From positions 33,976,001 to 34,040,000 of the forward strand of contig NC_043010.1 of assembly GCF_006345805.1 (NCBI RefSeq): 64,000 nucleotides of DNA, given 5' to 3'. Source of the DNA: Octopus sinensis. Lineage: Eukaryota. Both the position numbers and the translations under genes were made by a program. Shown here piece after piece: positions 1-11,944 of this stretch (position 1 is its first letter; each line of letters starts with the position of its first letter). The notes beneath the pieces were generated by a model. It did no database searches. It saw only the letters and a list, made by a program, of their open reading frames with translations, and was not told the DNA's origin.

Positions 1-62
1 GGGACTGAACCTGGAACCATGTGGTTGGTAAGCAAACTACTTACCACACAGCCACTCCTAAG
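1..62 (-). mobile_element. tRNA-derived SINE family A, head fragment (truncated by window edge)
   Basis: Reverse strand has A-box-like TGGCTGTGTGG and B-box-like GGTTCAGTCCC; nearly identical to the head of the copy at 7858-8342. Confidence 0.8.
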
Positions 63-74
63 CCTATAATTTCT

Positions 75-215
75 GACTTGAAAATCCACTAAGGTCAAAT
101 TTGTCTTTTATCCTTTTACGGGGGTCGATAAAATAAGTACCCATTGAGTACTGTGGTCAATATAATTGACTTTTCCCCCTCCCTCAGAATTGCTGGCCTA
201 GTGCCAAAATTTGAA
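75..215 (+). mobile_element. SINE family B, 3' fragment
   Basis: Matches the family B body (GGTCAA...TCCTTT..GGGGTCGATAAAATAAGTACC) seen at 5260-5478 and 6072-6290. Confidence 0.65.
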
Positions 216-1699
216 ATTATAATTATTACAAAATGTTAACAAAATTAAATAAAATAGTCTATATATGTTTTTAATGTCTACAATCACTCTAGCAGAATGT
301 AATATATTTTTAGCATAGTTCTAAAATAATTTTGGGGTTATATCCACTACAGAGAACTGAAGAAATGAAATTTCAATGTGTTTGGGTTTTGTTCAGCTTT
401 AGTACAATTAGAATCATGCTGGTTTATAAATCAATCAATATTCAGATTGTTTATGTACCAATCAATATTCCGAATATATAATGCTGGCCGTATAGATTTG
501 TGCAAGGAAGATTACATAACACAACATAGTCTGTATGAATTCATTTATTTTATGCAAGAATGCATTTCTAGACTGGCTCTACAGCTATAGTCAACAGCTT
601 TGACATAGTTGGGTCTGAACCTAAGTAAAAATTAATACTGTAGTTACTAGAACTGCATGTTATAACCACAAAATTACTTTAGGATAAGGCTAAGAATAAG
701 GCTAAAAATAATTTTTTTGTATAGCTTGATTAATTTTGTGTTATATAATAGCTATATATATCTATCTGTTTATGTATCAAGCGTCTCTTTCCTTCACTGT
801 ATCAAGATGCCATGCAACAAAGGATGGTACAAGACCTACCTATATTTCAGTACCCGTTTTTATTTCCATCCTTGTTACCTTACCTCTTTCTTTCATTACA
901 AAGCATACATATGATTGCATCAGATTTGCTTGTAGCGAATACATTTTACACTTATCCTCTCTGTCTGTCTGTCTGTCTGTCTGCCTCTCTCTCCCTCCCT
1001 CTCTCTCTCTCTTACAGGTCCATTCTTTACTGACATCCCTCATTCCCTCTTCCCACTGTATACCTGCATTATCATCTCTATCATGACCTCCCCCTCTATC
1101 TCCTCTCACCCCCACCTAGTTACTCTCTTTGTACCTTCATAATCTTGCACCCTTCATCCATCCATCTTTGGGCTTTGCACTCTCTTCTTTATTCTCCTCC
1201 TTTCTTTCTCTTGGTTTGCCTTGAGCAGATTAACGCATCATAGAGTAATGAGAACACTTTAATTTCTGGGGTACAAAGCAACCCCACTAGTGCTATGGTA
1301 ATATGTATCCAATATCCTGTTTAAAGCAGTTCATGATAGGAAGTGTTGAGATGTAGAAACCAGATCCAAAGCGGAAAAGAATGAGCAGGATATGAACCTC
1401 CATCCTGTCTAGAATAGAAATTCTGAATAAGAACTGACTTGGATAATATGTCAAGCTCACACCAGATGTATGGTGATAATGATGATGACCACACACACAC
1501 ACACATTTACATTTATACAAATATATAAATATAAACATAAACAGAGCCCACTGGGTCTTTGCATTTATAAACAAGTTTTAGCAAGCCATAAATGGAAGAT
1601 AATCAAATGCAATGTTATGGAGCATGCTTCAAATTTTAGCTTTCATATTTCTCTTTCGGATGTATCATCTGCATCAACATGGCACATTCCAAACTGACA

Positions 1700-1850
1700 C
1701 ATGAAATGAAATGGCATGCCATACTTGTCAACCATCCAACCACCAAACATAGCAACTCAAAGATCACCAGGTTTTTGAATGTGGCCCTGTCAGTCATGTT
1801 CAGGGTCAGGAAAGATCTAAAAGCTTCTAGAGGGGACACGTTATTTCATA
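1700..1850 (+). pseudogene. Possible degenerate Tc1/mariner-superfamily transposase N-terminal fragment
   Basis: Conceptual translation KHSNSKITRFLNVALSVMFRVRKDLKASRGD resembles a transposase N-terminal HTH; recognition only, no intact ORF. Confidence 0.35.
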
Positions 1851-1864
1851 ACTGAAGAAATATT

Positions 1865-2280
1865 GGTGCAAGGCCAACAATTTCAGAGGTAGGGGTAAGT
1901 TGATTATATTGATCCCTGTGCTCAACTGGTACTTATTTTATTGAGCCCCGCAAGGATGTAAGGTAAAGTTGACCTTGGTGGCTTTGAACTCAGAATGTAA
2001 AGACAGACAACATACCACTGTGCATTTTGCCTGGTGTGCTCACAATTCTTATTTCTTTATTGCCCACAAGGGGCTAAAAATAGAGGGGACAAACAAGCAC
2101 AGATAAAGGGATTAAGTCGATTACATTGACCCCAGTGCATAACTGGTACTTAATTTATCAACCTGAAAGGATGAAAGGCAAAGTTGACCTCGGCAGAATT
2201 TGAACTCAGAACGTAGTGGCAGACGAAATACCACTAAGCATTTCGCCCAGTGTGCTAACCATTCTGCCAGCTCGCCACCT
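1865..2280 (-). mobile_element. Two tandem SINE family B copies
   Basis: Minus strand GGCGAGCTGGCAGAATGGTTAGC ... GAGTTCAAATTC (A/B-box-like head) followed by the shared body AAGTACCAGTT; second degenerate copy at ~1865-2045. Confidence 0.8.
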
Positions 2281-2454
2281 TTACTTTGCTCACAATTCTG
2301 CCAGCTCACTGTGTTCTCAGGATGTTATCAGGACTGATGGATGAATTTAGTAGGTCCAGTTCTTCATCAGTGACAACCTTAGCAGAACAATGTGGGACTT
2401 TATCAAGCATCTCAATGTGGTGGAGTCTGCCATGAGATGTGTGGTGCCTGAGGG

Positions 2455-2878
2455 CAAGTGCAGTTGTGGCTGTGTGATAAGAAGTTTGCTTTGCTTCCTA
2501 ACCACATAATTCCAGGTTCAGCCCCACTGCATGGTGCCTTGGACAAATATCTTCTATAATAGCCCCAGTGAGTGCATGTGCATGTGTGTGTGTGCGTGCA
2601 AGTGAGTGCGTGCATATGTATGTGTCTGTTTCTTTGCCTTGACATCATGTGATGCTCATATATGAGTTTTACCATCATACAAGTGTTGCCCTTTATTTCC
2701 AATATTCTGGGGAAAGATGTTTGGTTATTAGCCAATATTATCTTACTGGGAAACACATGGGGCTTGGTGATAGTAAGGGCATCCAGCCATAAAAAATCCA
2801 CCTCAAAAAATTCTGTCTGACCAATACAAGCATGAAAAAGCATACATTAAAATGATGGTGATAATGATGATGATGATG
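2455..2878 (+). mobile_element. SINE with family A head and RTE-like 3' tail
   Basis: Head GTGGCTGTGTGATAAG..GGTTCAGCCCCACTGC, internal (TG)n, tail GGGCATCCAGCC..CAAGCATGAAAAAG..(TGA)n shared with 3590-3727. Confidence 0.65.
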
Positions 2879-3389
2879 GAGCGATTCTATAAGATGAGGG
2901 GAGGACAGTTCATGCCTAACAAGATCTTGGAGAACTTGCAATCATGTGAAAGTCATGTGTGGTATCTTGATTCTCCTGATTAGATTTGAACCTCTTCAAT
3001 TATTACTTCTGAGCCATTGTCAATGTGTGTGTGTGTGGCGGGGTCCTGGTCAGTAGATCTATGGTGCTATGGACTAGTCGGGAACTTTTGCAGTGGGCAT
3101 AAGGAAGGGTGTCATGGTTGGAAGCGGGTGGGTGGCATCTGACTTAGTAGTCCACTTCTTCTGTGGCTGCTTGAGGTTGAAGGTGGTTCAATAGCCAGTA
3201 TCTTTGAGGTATCTAGCTAAAAACATGTACCATTTTCCTTGGGGTGTTGTTTTTTCCATTTAGTGATTCATTTTTCTTTGTGTTTAGTATAGTTCTCAGT
3301 TACCTGAAACCACTGTATGCATGTACACACACACACACACATGCACACACACACATGCACGCACACACATGCACACACACATACATACT

Positions 3390-3727
3390 GGCGCCATGCA
3401 AAAAGTACCCATGCAAGTGCCATGTGAAAAGTACCGGTGCTGGTACCACGTAAAGGACCACCCTTGCCAGCACCATGTAAAAAGCCTCCGTGCTGGTGCC
3501 TCATAAAAAGCACCTGTACCTGCACCAAGTAAAAGAGCACCCATGCCGGCATCATGTAGAAAGCACCCAGTACACTCTGTAAAGTGGTTGGTGTTAAGAA
3601 GGGTATCCAGCTGTAGAAATCGTGCCAAAACAGATGAATGGAGCCTGGAGCAGCCCTCTGGCTTGCCAGCTTGTCAAACTGTCCAACCCATGCCAGCATG
3701 GAAAACAGACATTGAATGATGATGATG
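3390..3727 (+). mobile_element. Retroposon 3' end (RTE-type LINE/SINE tail) with ~21-bp degenerate tandem repeats
   Basis: Repeated GTGCCAyGTAAAAAGCACC-like units, then CCAACCCATGCCAGCATGGAAAACAGACATTGAA(TGA)n terminus found in many dispersed copies in the window. Confidence 0.6.
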
Positions 3728-4155
3728 CACACACACATACTCATCTACTATAATAATACTCTTGTGCTTTTCTCCATTACAATATTTGAATGAGAAAGGA
3801 AGGGGTGATAAATGAATAAGGAAGGAAGAGGTGATGGCAAAATGGTGGTGGGAGCATTTCAACTCTGTGAGTATATGTGTGTGTATGTAAAAGGGAGGTA
3901 CGTGAGTATGTGTGTGTGTGTGTATGTGCAATGGATGTGGGATGGTGAAAATCCAATGCTGAAAAATGTGAATATTTGTATGTGTGAACCAGCATTCTCT
4001 CAGTAACAAACAATCATTGATGTCATAGCTAAAAAGACAACCACTTGATAACATTGACAAGTGTATTAATTTGATTTACCATTCACATTTGTATATAAGA
4101 TACTACAATTAGCCATCACTTTTGATGGCACGGAGCCAGCTAGTATGTATATATA

Positions 4156-5040
4156 CATGGTCTGATCAATAAGTATCTGGACTGTTGCTATAGTAACAAA
4201 GCTAAAGCACTGAGAGTGAAGCCTCTTGGCACAGATTGACCTTGAACTCTGCTGTGTGTGTGTACTAAGTTTTAACATTCTAGCTTACTTCTGCTGTTTA
4301 CAGCAGTGCTTGGAAGGAAGGTGTGTAGCATGTGATTGTTGCATTGATCATGACAGAAAAAGTTGAGCAGAGAATCTGCATCAAATTTTATCAAAAACTT
4401 GGCGATACCTGCTCAGAGGCCTATGCAAAGTTTTCAAAAAGTTCTCATTGATCTCAATAACAATCAAGGAAATCTTGTGCAACTGAAACCCGGGTGTCTT
4501 TTTGGTCAGCTGGAAGCAGTTTTGGTATAAACTTGGCAGACACGCATCTCATACCCAAATCTTCAGTGATAATGGACGGTGGTGAATCATAACTAATCTG
4601 CACATCCTGTGATAACTCACTGATGGTGATTTGACAATTCTCCCTCAAAGCTGCATGCACGTCTGCGATATTTTTCACTGGTTGTGGGTCTCCCTGAACA
4701 TTCGTCAAAATCGACGTTTTTCAGCTATCTTGGAAATGTCTGAACCAGTCATACACTTGTGTGCAGTTCATACATTCATCTCCATACTCTTCTTGCAACT
4801 TTATGTAAGCCTCTGAGCAGGTATTGCCATGACAGCTTTGTCATGGTCAATGCAATGATCACATACTACACACCTTCCTTCCAAGCACTGCTGTAAAAAG
4901 CAGAAAAGAGCTAGAATGTTAAAACTTAGTGCACACACACACAGCAGAGTTCAAGGTCAATCTGTACCATGTGGCTTCACTCTGTGTGCTCTAACTTCGT
5001 TATTATGGCAACAGTCCTGATACTTATTGATCAGACCTCA
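4156..5040. mobile_element. Non-autonomous mariner derivative with long inverted arms (two 5' ends)
   Basis: TIRs (CAT/TGA)GGTCTGATCAATAAGTATC flanked by TA; inverted similarity extends ~200 bp inward and resumes after a gap; transposase start MTEKVEQRICIKF on + at 4350 and a longer N-terminal remnant (ITEDLGMRCVSAKFIPKLL) on -. Confidence 0.85.
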
Positions 5041-5259
5041 TATACACACACATACACATACACACATTATAGTGTTTATTCTTCTGTTTGTACTTTTCCC
5101 ACTGCTTTCACACTTTACCATCCAATATTTCAACTTTCATCCCCTTAAGCCCTTCTCCCTTCTCAGTATTATTTCTGTTGAGCCGTTTTTAACTACAGAT
5201 TTCCTCCTCTTCATTGCAAACCAGACCATTGGTCTCTTGTATTTGAGCACTTCTGCAAA

Positions 5260-5478
5260 AGGCGGTGAGCTGGCAGAAACTTTAGCACGTCAGGCAAAAT
5301 GCTTAGCAGTATTTCATCTGTCTTTACTTTCTGAGTTCAAATTCCACCAAGGTCAACTTTGCCTTTCATCCTTTCAGGGTCGATAAATTAAGTACCAGTT
5401 GCGTACTGGCATCAATCTAAGTGACTGCCCCCCCCGCCCCCAAAATGTCAGGCCTTGTGCCTAGAGTAGAAAAGAATA
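5260..5478 (+). mobile_element. SINE family B, near full length
   Basis: GGCGGTGAGCTGGCAGAAAC head, GAGTTCAAATTCC B-box-like motif, shared body and 3' end GGCCTTGTGCCT. Confidence 0.8.
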
Positions 5479-6071
5479 TTGTTGCATATGACTTCAATTC
5501 TATCTGAAATAAGAACCTCTTGACTAAGTTGTTTTCCTGTGGTCTTCATTTCTTAGAGCAAAAGTTTCTTGCAAACTGCTCAATTACAGCATGAGAGGTT
5601 AGGGCTCTCTTCCACTCTGGTCTATTCTAAGTTTATGTTACATCTGATACATTCTTTCTTTTATCTATTAATGACTTATTAGCTATCAGTTCTAATGACA
5701 GACACTCCAAGACAGATGAAACCATGCTTCATATTTCCTTAACCATTTGTGTAGAGGTATCATCCCCATGCAACTCAGAGATCTCAATTCATGCCAAGCA
5801 GACAACAACTCCCTGAAAAGAAGCGTTGACCATATCCCAACATCAGCAGTATTAAGTCCAATGGGAATTTACATTGGTAATGGAGATCCCTAAAGATTCA
5901 TGAGATCAGTGGCCTGGGAACAAAATTTGTTTAGGGAGTGCAAACTCAGGTCCAATTTTTTTTACAAATAAGGCTGATTTTTCTTCAATCTTAATATCAA
6001 AACAAACACAGGTATGATAATATCTATTATTATTATCATTATTATTGTTGTTGTTGTTGTTGTTGTTATTG

Positions 6072-6504
6072 AAGGCAGCGAGCTGGCAGAATCTCTAGCA
6101 TGCTGGGTGAAATGCTTAACAGTATTTCATCTGCCATTACATTCTGCATTCATATTTCATCGAGGTTGACCTTGCCTTTCATCCTTTCGGGATCGATAAA
6201 TTAAGTACCAGTGAAACACTGGGGTTGTTGCAATCGACTGCCCCCCCCTCTAAAATTTCAGGCCTTGTGCCTTTAATAGAAAGGATTATTATTATTATTT
6301 TTACAAGTTGGTGAGCTAGCAGAATTGTTAGCTCACCAGGTGAAAAGCTTAGTCTGCTACTACATTCTGAGTTCAAATTCCACCGAGGTCAACTTTGCCT
6401 TTCATCCTTTTGGGCTTGATTAAATAAGTACCAATTATGCACTGGGGTCAATGTAATCGATTTAATCCCTTCCTCCAAATTTGAGGCTTTATGCTTCCAG
6501 TATA

Positions 6505-6540
<36 letters not shown>

Positions 6541-6560
6541 TATTATTATTATTATTATCA
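6072..6560 (+). mobile_element. Two tandem SINE family B copies with (TAT)n/(TAA)n tails
   Basis: Heads at ~6072 and ~6308, each followed by the family B body and a trinucleotide tail. Confidence 0.8.
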
Positions 6561-6589
6561 TTATTATATATGGTAAAGTAATGCTTCAA

Positions 6590-7360
6590 ATCATACCAAA
6601 CATTTTTCTATGCTTGCACATTTTGGCAATAAAGTTTTCCAAGAGGATGTCCAAAGTGTTTTCATTGCACAAGTTTTATGTACATGAATTATAGTACAGT
6701 GTGTCAGATGGTGTTGCATCATTGTGTGCTGAACATACTTTTGCTTGATGCAATGGACACTGGTTGCAACATGATGTTCTCATCACAAAGGCTTATCCAT
6801 AGCACTTTCAGAAGAATGGTGCATTGCTATACAAAGTTCAATGCATCAGTGATTATGGCAACTGTAGATACAATTTCTTGGAGGACAAGGTCCAGAGAGT
6901 GGTTTCTGCATTGTACAAAATATGCCAGAAAACATGTCTTTTAATCTCTTTTGTATGTCTGAAATATTTCTGCTAATAGTACATGCCCAATCAAAGGCAA
7001 AAGCAACATAATTTTGAGTCCAGAAAAATGTTTAGGCAACAAAAATATCCAGAATAATCTTAGTCAGTGTCTCCAAAATGTCAGGAGGGTTATAAAAGCT
7101 GAGAAAATATTTGTGGACATTCTGGTTTTCAGAAACATAGCAAAACTTCTGATTCTTGTTCCATGTCAGAGCAACCTCATATAACATCAATAAACATGGA
7201 ATCTTCAACATTTTTTTCTTATCTCATGCTGGATGTTATGAGCATATGCCTCTAGGATTTCATTTTGTATGGCATCAGATAGGAAATTAACTCGTAGTTT
7301 AAGCTGCTGACTTATTTCTGCAGCATATTATTCTGCAACTTCTTTTTGGGGATTTACAAA
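6590..7360 (-). pseudogene. Degenerate hAT-superfamily transposase fragment
   Basis: Minus-strand translation FLAYFVQCRNHSLDLVLQEIVSTVAIITDALNFV* carries the hAT CxxH...L.LVL motif; upstream FAFDWACTIS resembles the catalytic (Y/F)DGA..MS motif; stops and frameshifts; limits approximate. Confidence 0.6.
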
Positions 7361-7774
7361 GTTTGCTGTGACATGTGTTAACTATCTCTTCAAAGATGGA
7401 ACTAGTAACTTCCTTTTTTTTTACTAAGTATATTCCTCAATCCATCAACAATGGAACTGTGAACTGCTGTTATCTCTCACTAAGGATTTTCTTAATTCTC
7501 TTATCTTGAAGGTGCTAACCACTATTATCTTTCACTAAGTATGTTCTTTAATTCTTTGATAAACTGGTAATTACTAATATCATTTATTAAAGATATTCCT
7601 TAATTCTTTTTATCCAGAGAAAAGTTGGTTTACATGGAAGTCTTTGCTCAGTGATATACGATCTATATGTTCAGCTGTTCTAGAAACAACAACAAGAAAC
7701 TTCACAAATTATTTTTTTAATCCCTTATTTACTATAACTACTCTGTTTATTTGTTCATTTCTCTTTCTAATATA

Positions 7775-8071
7775 TCAAGTCATCCCATAAGTAATGTCCA
7801 AATTTTGGGTAAGAAAAAAAAGTGATCTAATTTTACATTTTATTTAAATGAAGTCCTCTTTTACTTGTTTCAGTCATTTGACTGCGGCCATGCTGGAGCA
7901 CCGCCTTTAGTCAAGCAAATCGACCCCGGGACTTATTCTTTGTAAGCCCAGTACTTATTCTATCGGTCCCTTTTGCTGAACTGCTAAGTGACGGGGATGT
8001 AAACACACCAGCATCGGTTGTCAAGCAATGCTAGGGAGACAAACACAGACACACATACATATATATATATG

Positions 8072-8132
<61 letters not shown>

Positions 8133-9518
8133 ATATATATATAATATATATATATATATATGTATATACATATATACGACAGGCTTCTTTCAGTTTCCGT
8201 CTACCAAATCCACTCACAAGGCATTGGTCGGCCCAGGGCTATAGCAGAAGACACTTGCCCAAGATGCCACGCAGTGGGACTGAACCGGGAACCATGTGGT
8301 TGGTAAGCAAGCTACTTACCACACAGCCACTCCTGCGCCTATGTCCTGTATATAATTCCCATCATTATTGATGACTTCCTTCCATCTACTCATCAGTTTT
8401 TAAATTCTATTGGTGAGAAACTTTTCTGGTTTTGATGAGAAGAAGGAAGAGAGGTCAGTTTTAACCACTTTGGAGATTTTGAGTACTAATCCATCTAAAT
8501 GATTTTCTAAGCATTGAAACGAATAGTAATCAGAATGAGTGAGGTCCAGTTGATATGATGTGTGAGGGATTTTTCCCAGCCAAGTTCCATGATGTTTTCT
8601 GATGTACTTTTTGCAGTGTAAAGCCTTGCATTATCATGATGAAACACCACTTCCTTACGATTCATCAAAGCAGTCCTTTTTTAAAATCAAAGCATCATCC
8701 AAACACTCTAATTGTTGGAAATAAGTTTGAACAGTAATTATTTTTTTTAGTTGGTGGATCACTCCGATGCAATCTCACCAAACAGAAAGAACATTTTTTG
8801 TTTGGATGCCCCTTTTGGGTTGTGGTTTAACGTGTTCCCCATTGCCTACATCACTTAACATTTACAAAAAAAAGTCCATTTTTCATTACCTGTCACTAAT
8901 CTGTTCAAAAACGGTGAGATACATTCAAAAGAGTGAAGAGACGAGCAAATGTTCACGTGTGATTTTCGGATGGCATCTGTCAAATCATGGGACCCATTTT
9001 CCAAGTTTGGTTACCTTTCCAAGCTGTAGAAGATGGCGGTGAATAGTTGAATGGCTTGAATTGAGCTTGCTTGACAATTCTTTAACTGACACAGCATTAT
9101 CCTTTTCAATCTCTGACAAATGAAGCTAATGATAAAATTAAACAGGGTGTCCTGTTTGTGACCTCTCTCTTCAGCTGAAATCACCATTTATGAACTTTGC
9201 AAACAATCTTCTGCAACTTCAAGCACTCTTACTCACAAACAGAATGGATATTTTGAGTTGCTTCTGCTGCACTGTTTCCCTTTTTGAACTCACAAAGCAT
9301 GACTGTGCCTTAAATACTCCTTCGATACACCCATCTTTGAGGGGTTAATGTTAGTAATTATTTCAGTAAGATTATTTTGTAAAAAGAAGTTATATTAAGT
9401 TAAAGATTTTAAAATTCATATGAGTCTCAATTAATACCATTTGACCTTTTAGAATACTGTAAAATTTGATAGAAATTACATATATGATATTTCAGACATT
9501 ATTTATGGTATGGCCTGA
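7775..9518 (-). mobile_element. Full-length degenerate mariner element, interrupted by a SINE
   Basis: Imperfect 24-bp TIRs TCAAGTCATCCCATAAGTAATGTC / TCAGGCCATACCATAAATAATGTC (reverse complement); minus-strand motifs KLGKWVPHDL, RLVTGNE, FHHDNAR, ELGWE; ATG at 9334; ~1.26 kb once the SINE is removed. Confidence 0.85.
7858..8342 (-). mobile_element. Full-length SINE family A with internal (TA)n, inserted in the mariner
   Basis: tRNA-like head at 8342 to ~8275, internal (TA)n ~8055-8175, tail ending AAATGACTGAAACAAGTAAAAG; GTCCT on both flanks (7853-7857, 8343-8347) is a possible TSD. Confidence 0.85.
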
Positions 9519-9570
9519 TGTATCTACTAGCTCAATGACGAACCACTTATAGCCATCTTTGATAGGAAAC

Positions 9571-9610
9571 ATTAATGACACCTTTGTTTCATTAATGACA
9601 CCTTTGTTTC
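9571..9610. repeat. Perfect 20-bp tandem duplication
   Basis: ATTAATGACACCTTTGTTTC x2. Confidence 0.95.
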
Positions 9611-9626
9611 AGCTGCTGTTGAAACT

Positions 9627-10757
9627 ATATACACACACACATATATATACATGTACACACACATACACATATACATACATATATACACATACACACATAC
9701 ATATATATATATATATACACATATACATATATATATGTATATATATGTATATGTATATGTGTATAATATATATATATATGTATGTGTGTAGGTGTGTATA
9801 TATGTAGGTATATGTGTATGTGTGTGTACATGTATATATATGTGTGTGTGTATATATATATATGTTTATATGTGAGTATGTAGAGATATAAGTATATGCA
9901 TGTATATGTGTGTGTGTGTTATAATATAATCTTATATATATATGTATGTATATATATGTGTATTGGGTTTTGGTGTTTATCTGTATATATATATATATGT
10001 GTGTATGTGTATGTGTATATATGTGTGTGTGTGTATATATATATATATGTATATTGTATGTGTATGTGTGTGTGTGTATATATGTGTATATTATATATAT
10101 ATATATATGTATGTATGTGTATGTGTATGTGTGTGTATGTGTGCATGTATGTGTATGTGTATATGTGTATATATATGTATGTATATGTATATATGTGTAT
10201 GTGTGTGTATATATATATGTATATATGAGTGCGCGTGTGTGTATGTATGCATATATGTATGTATGCATGTATATGTGTATGTATATATGTGTGGAAGTGT
10301 GTGCATATATGTATATGTAAGTATGTGCGCGTGTATGAGTATGTATGTATGCTTGCACACGTGTATATATATGTGTGCGTGTGTATATATATGGATGCGC
10401 GTGCGTGCGTGCACGTGTATGGGTACGCATGTGTATATGTGTATGTGCGTGTATGTGTATGTATGCATATATGTATGTATGCATGTATATGTGTATGTAT
10501 ATATGTGTGTAAGTGTGTGCATATATGTATATGTAAGTATGTGTGCGTGTATGAGTATGTATGTATGCTTGCACACGTGTGTATATATGTGTGTGTGTAT
10601 ACATATGGATGCATGTGCGTGTGGGCACGTGTATGGGTACGCATGTAATATGTGTATGTGCGTGTATGCGTATACGGTATGTATGTATGTATGTGTGGGC
10701 GTATATTTGTATATGTATGTGTGAGTGTGTATATATATATATATATTATATATATAT

Positions 10758-10800
<43 letters not shown>

Positions 10801-11185
10801 ATATATATAATATTATATAGATGGGGGTGTGTGTATGCGTATAAGTGCATGTAAGTATGGATGTATGTATGTATGTTTACGTATGTATGTGTTTGTGTGT
10901 ATATGTATGTAGGTGTGTGTATGTATGTGTGTATATATGTATATGTATATATATATGTGTGTGTATATATGTTTGTGTATGTATATATATGTGTATGTAT
11001 GTGTGTGTATTATATATGGGTGTGTGTGTATGTATGTATGTATATATGTATATATTGTGTATATATATATATTATGTATGTATATGTATATATATATATA
11101 TGTACATGTATGGTGGGTATATATATATATATATATATAGGTATGTATCTGTATGTAGGAGTATATATATGTGTGTGTGTGTGTA

Positions 11186-11235
<50 letters not shown>

Positions 11236-11265
11236 TATGTATATTTATTGGTGTATATATATAGA
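9627..11265. repeat. Compound (TA)/(TG)/(CA) microsatellite field with internal inverted and ~218-bp direct duplications
   Basis: Almost pure purine-pyrimidine alternation; inverted copy 9627-9855; direct units ~10231-10432 and ~10447-10646. Confidence 0.9.
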
Positions 11266-11439
11266 CTAGCCTCCTAAAGTGTAGATGAATCTGTAGGTAC
11301 GAGTACGTATGTGTATATACGTGAACGTATGTAGATGTTTGTATGTATGGATATAACGCGTGCGTACGTGTATGTGTATGAGTGTACGAATGGGTGTATG
11401 TACGTGCTAATGAGTGTGCGTGCGGGAACGAGTACTTGC

Positions 11440-11491
11440 CTTCTAGTAGACAGACAATTTGGACATGCTGCCATCGCCAGGATCCTTAGCT
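11440..11491 (-). other. Candidate 52-nt exon of an unidentified minus-strand transcript
   Basis: Pyrimidine tract + TAG acceptor, GCGATGG start context (MAACPNCLSTR), AAG|GCAAGT GC-type donor; no partner exon confirmed. Confidence 0.3.
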
Positions 11492-11565
11492 CTAGCGATC
11501 AAAGATAACAAAAGTAATAAATGAAGATAATAAAATTAAAATTAGGGAATGGGCCTGTATTGGAT

Positions 11566-11616
<51 letters not shown>

Positions 11617-11732
11617 ATATATATATGTATATATATGTATGTGTATGTGTGTATGTGTAGGTATGTATAGGCACACATGTGTACGTATGTGTGTGTGTAT
11701 GTATATGTGTTTATGTATGTATGTGCACACAT

Positions 11733-11769
<37 letters not shown>

Positions 11770-11944
11770 ATTTTTTATTTTTTATTTTTTTATTTATCTA
11801 TTCTTTCACCTAACTTACCACTGACTCCTTGACCACTCCCCCAAGTATGATATTTTGCGCTATGCCTACCCCCAAAAAAGTCCCCCACCACCACTCCTTT
11901 AAACCTGCCTAAATGTATAAATGCTAATACAATTCTTGTTAAAT

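Noticed and set aside
3390-3570. Regularly spaced ~21-bp repeats superficially like a CRISPR array
   Set aside because: Degenerate tandem units with no unique spacers, in a eukaryotic retroposon tail; no cas genes.
9559-11824. Many long overlapping ORFs (up to 339 aa) rich in H/T/Y/I or V/C/M
   Set aside because: Translations of (CA)/(TA)/(TG) microsatellites, which lack stop codons; no protein-like complexity.
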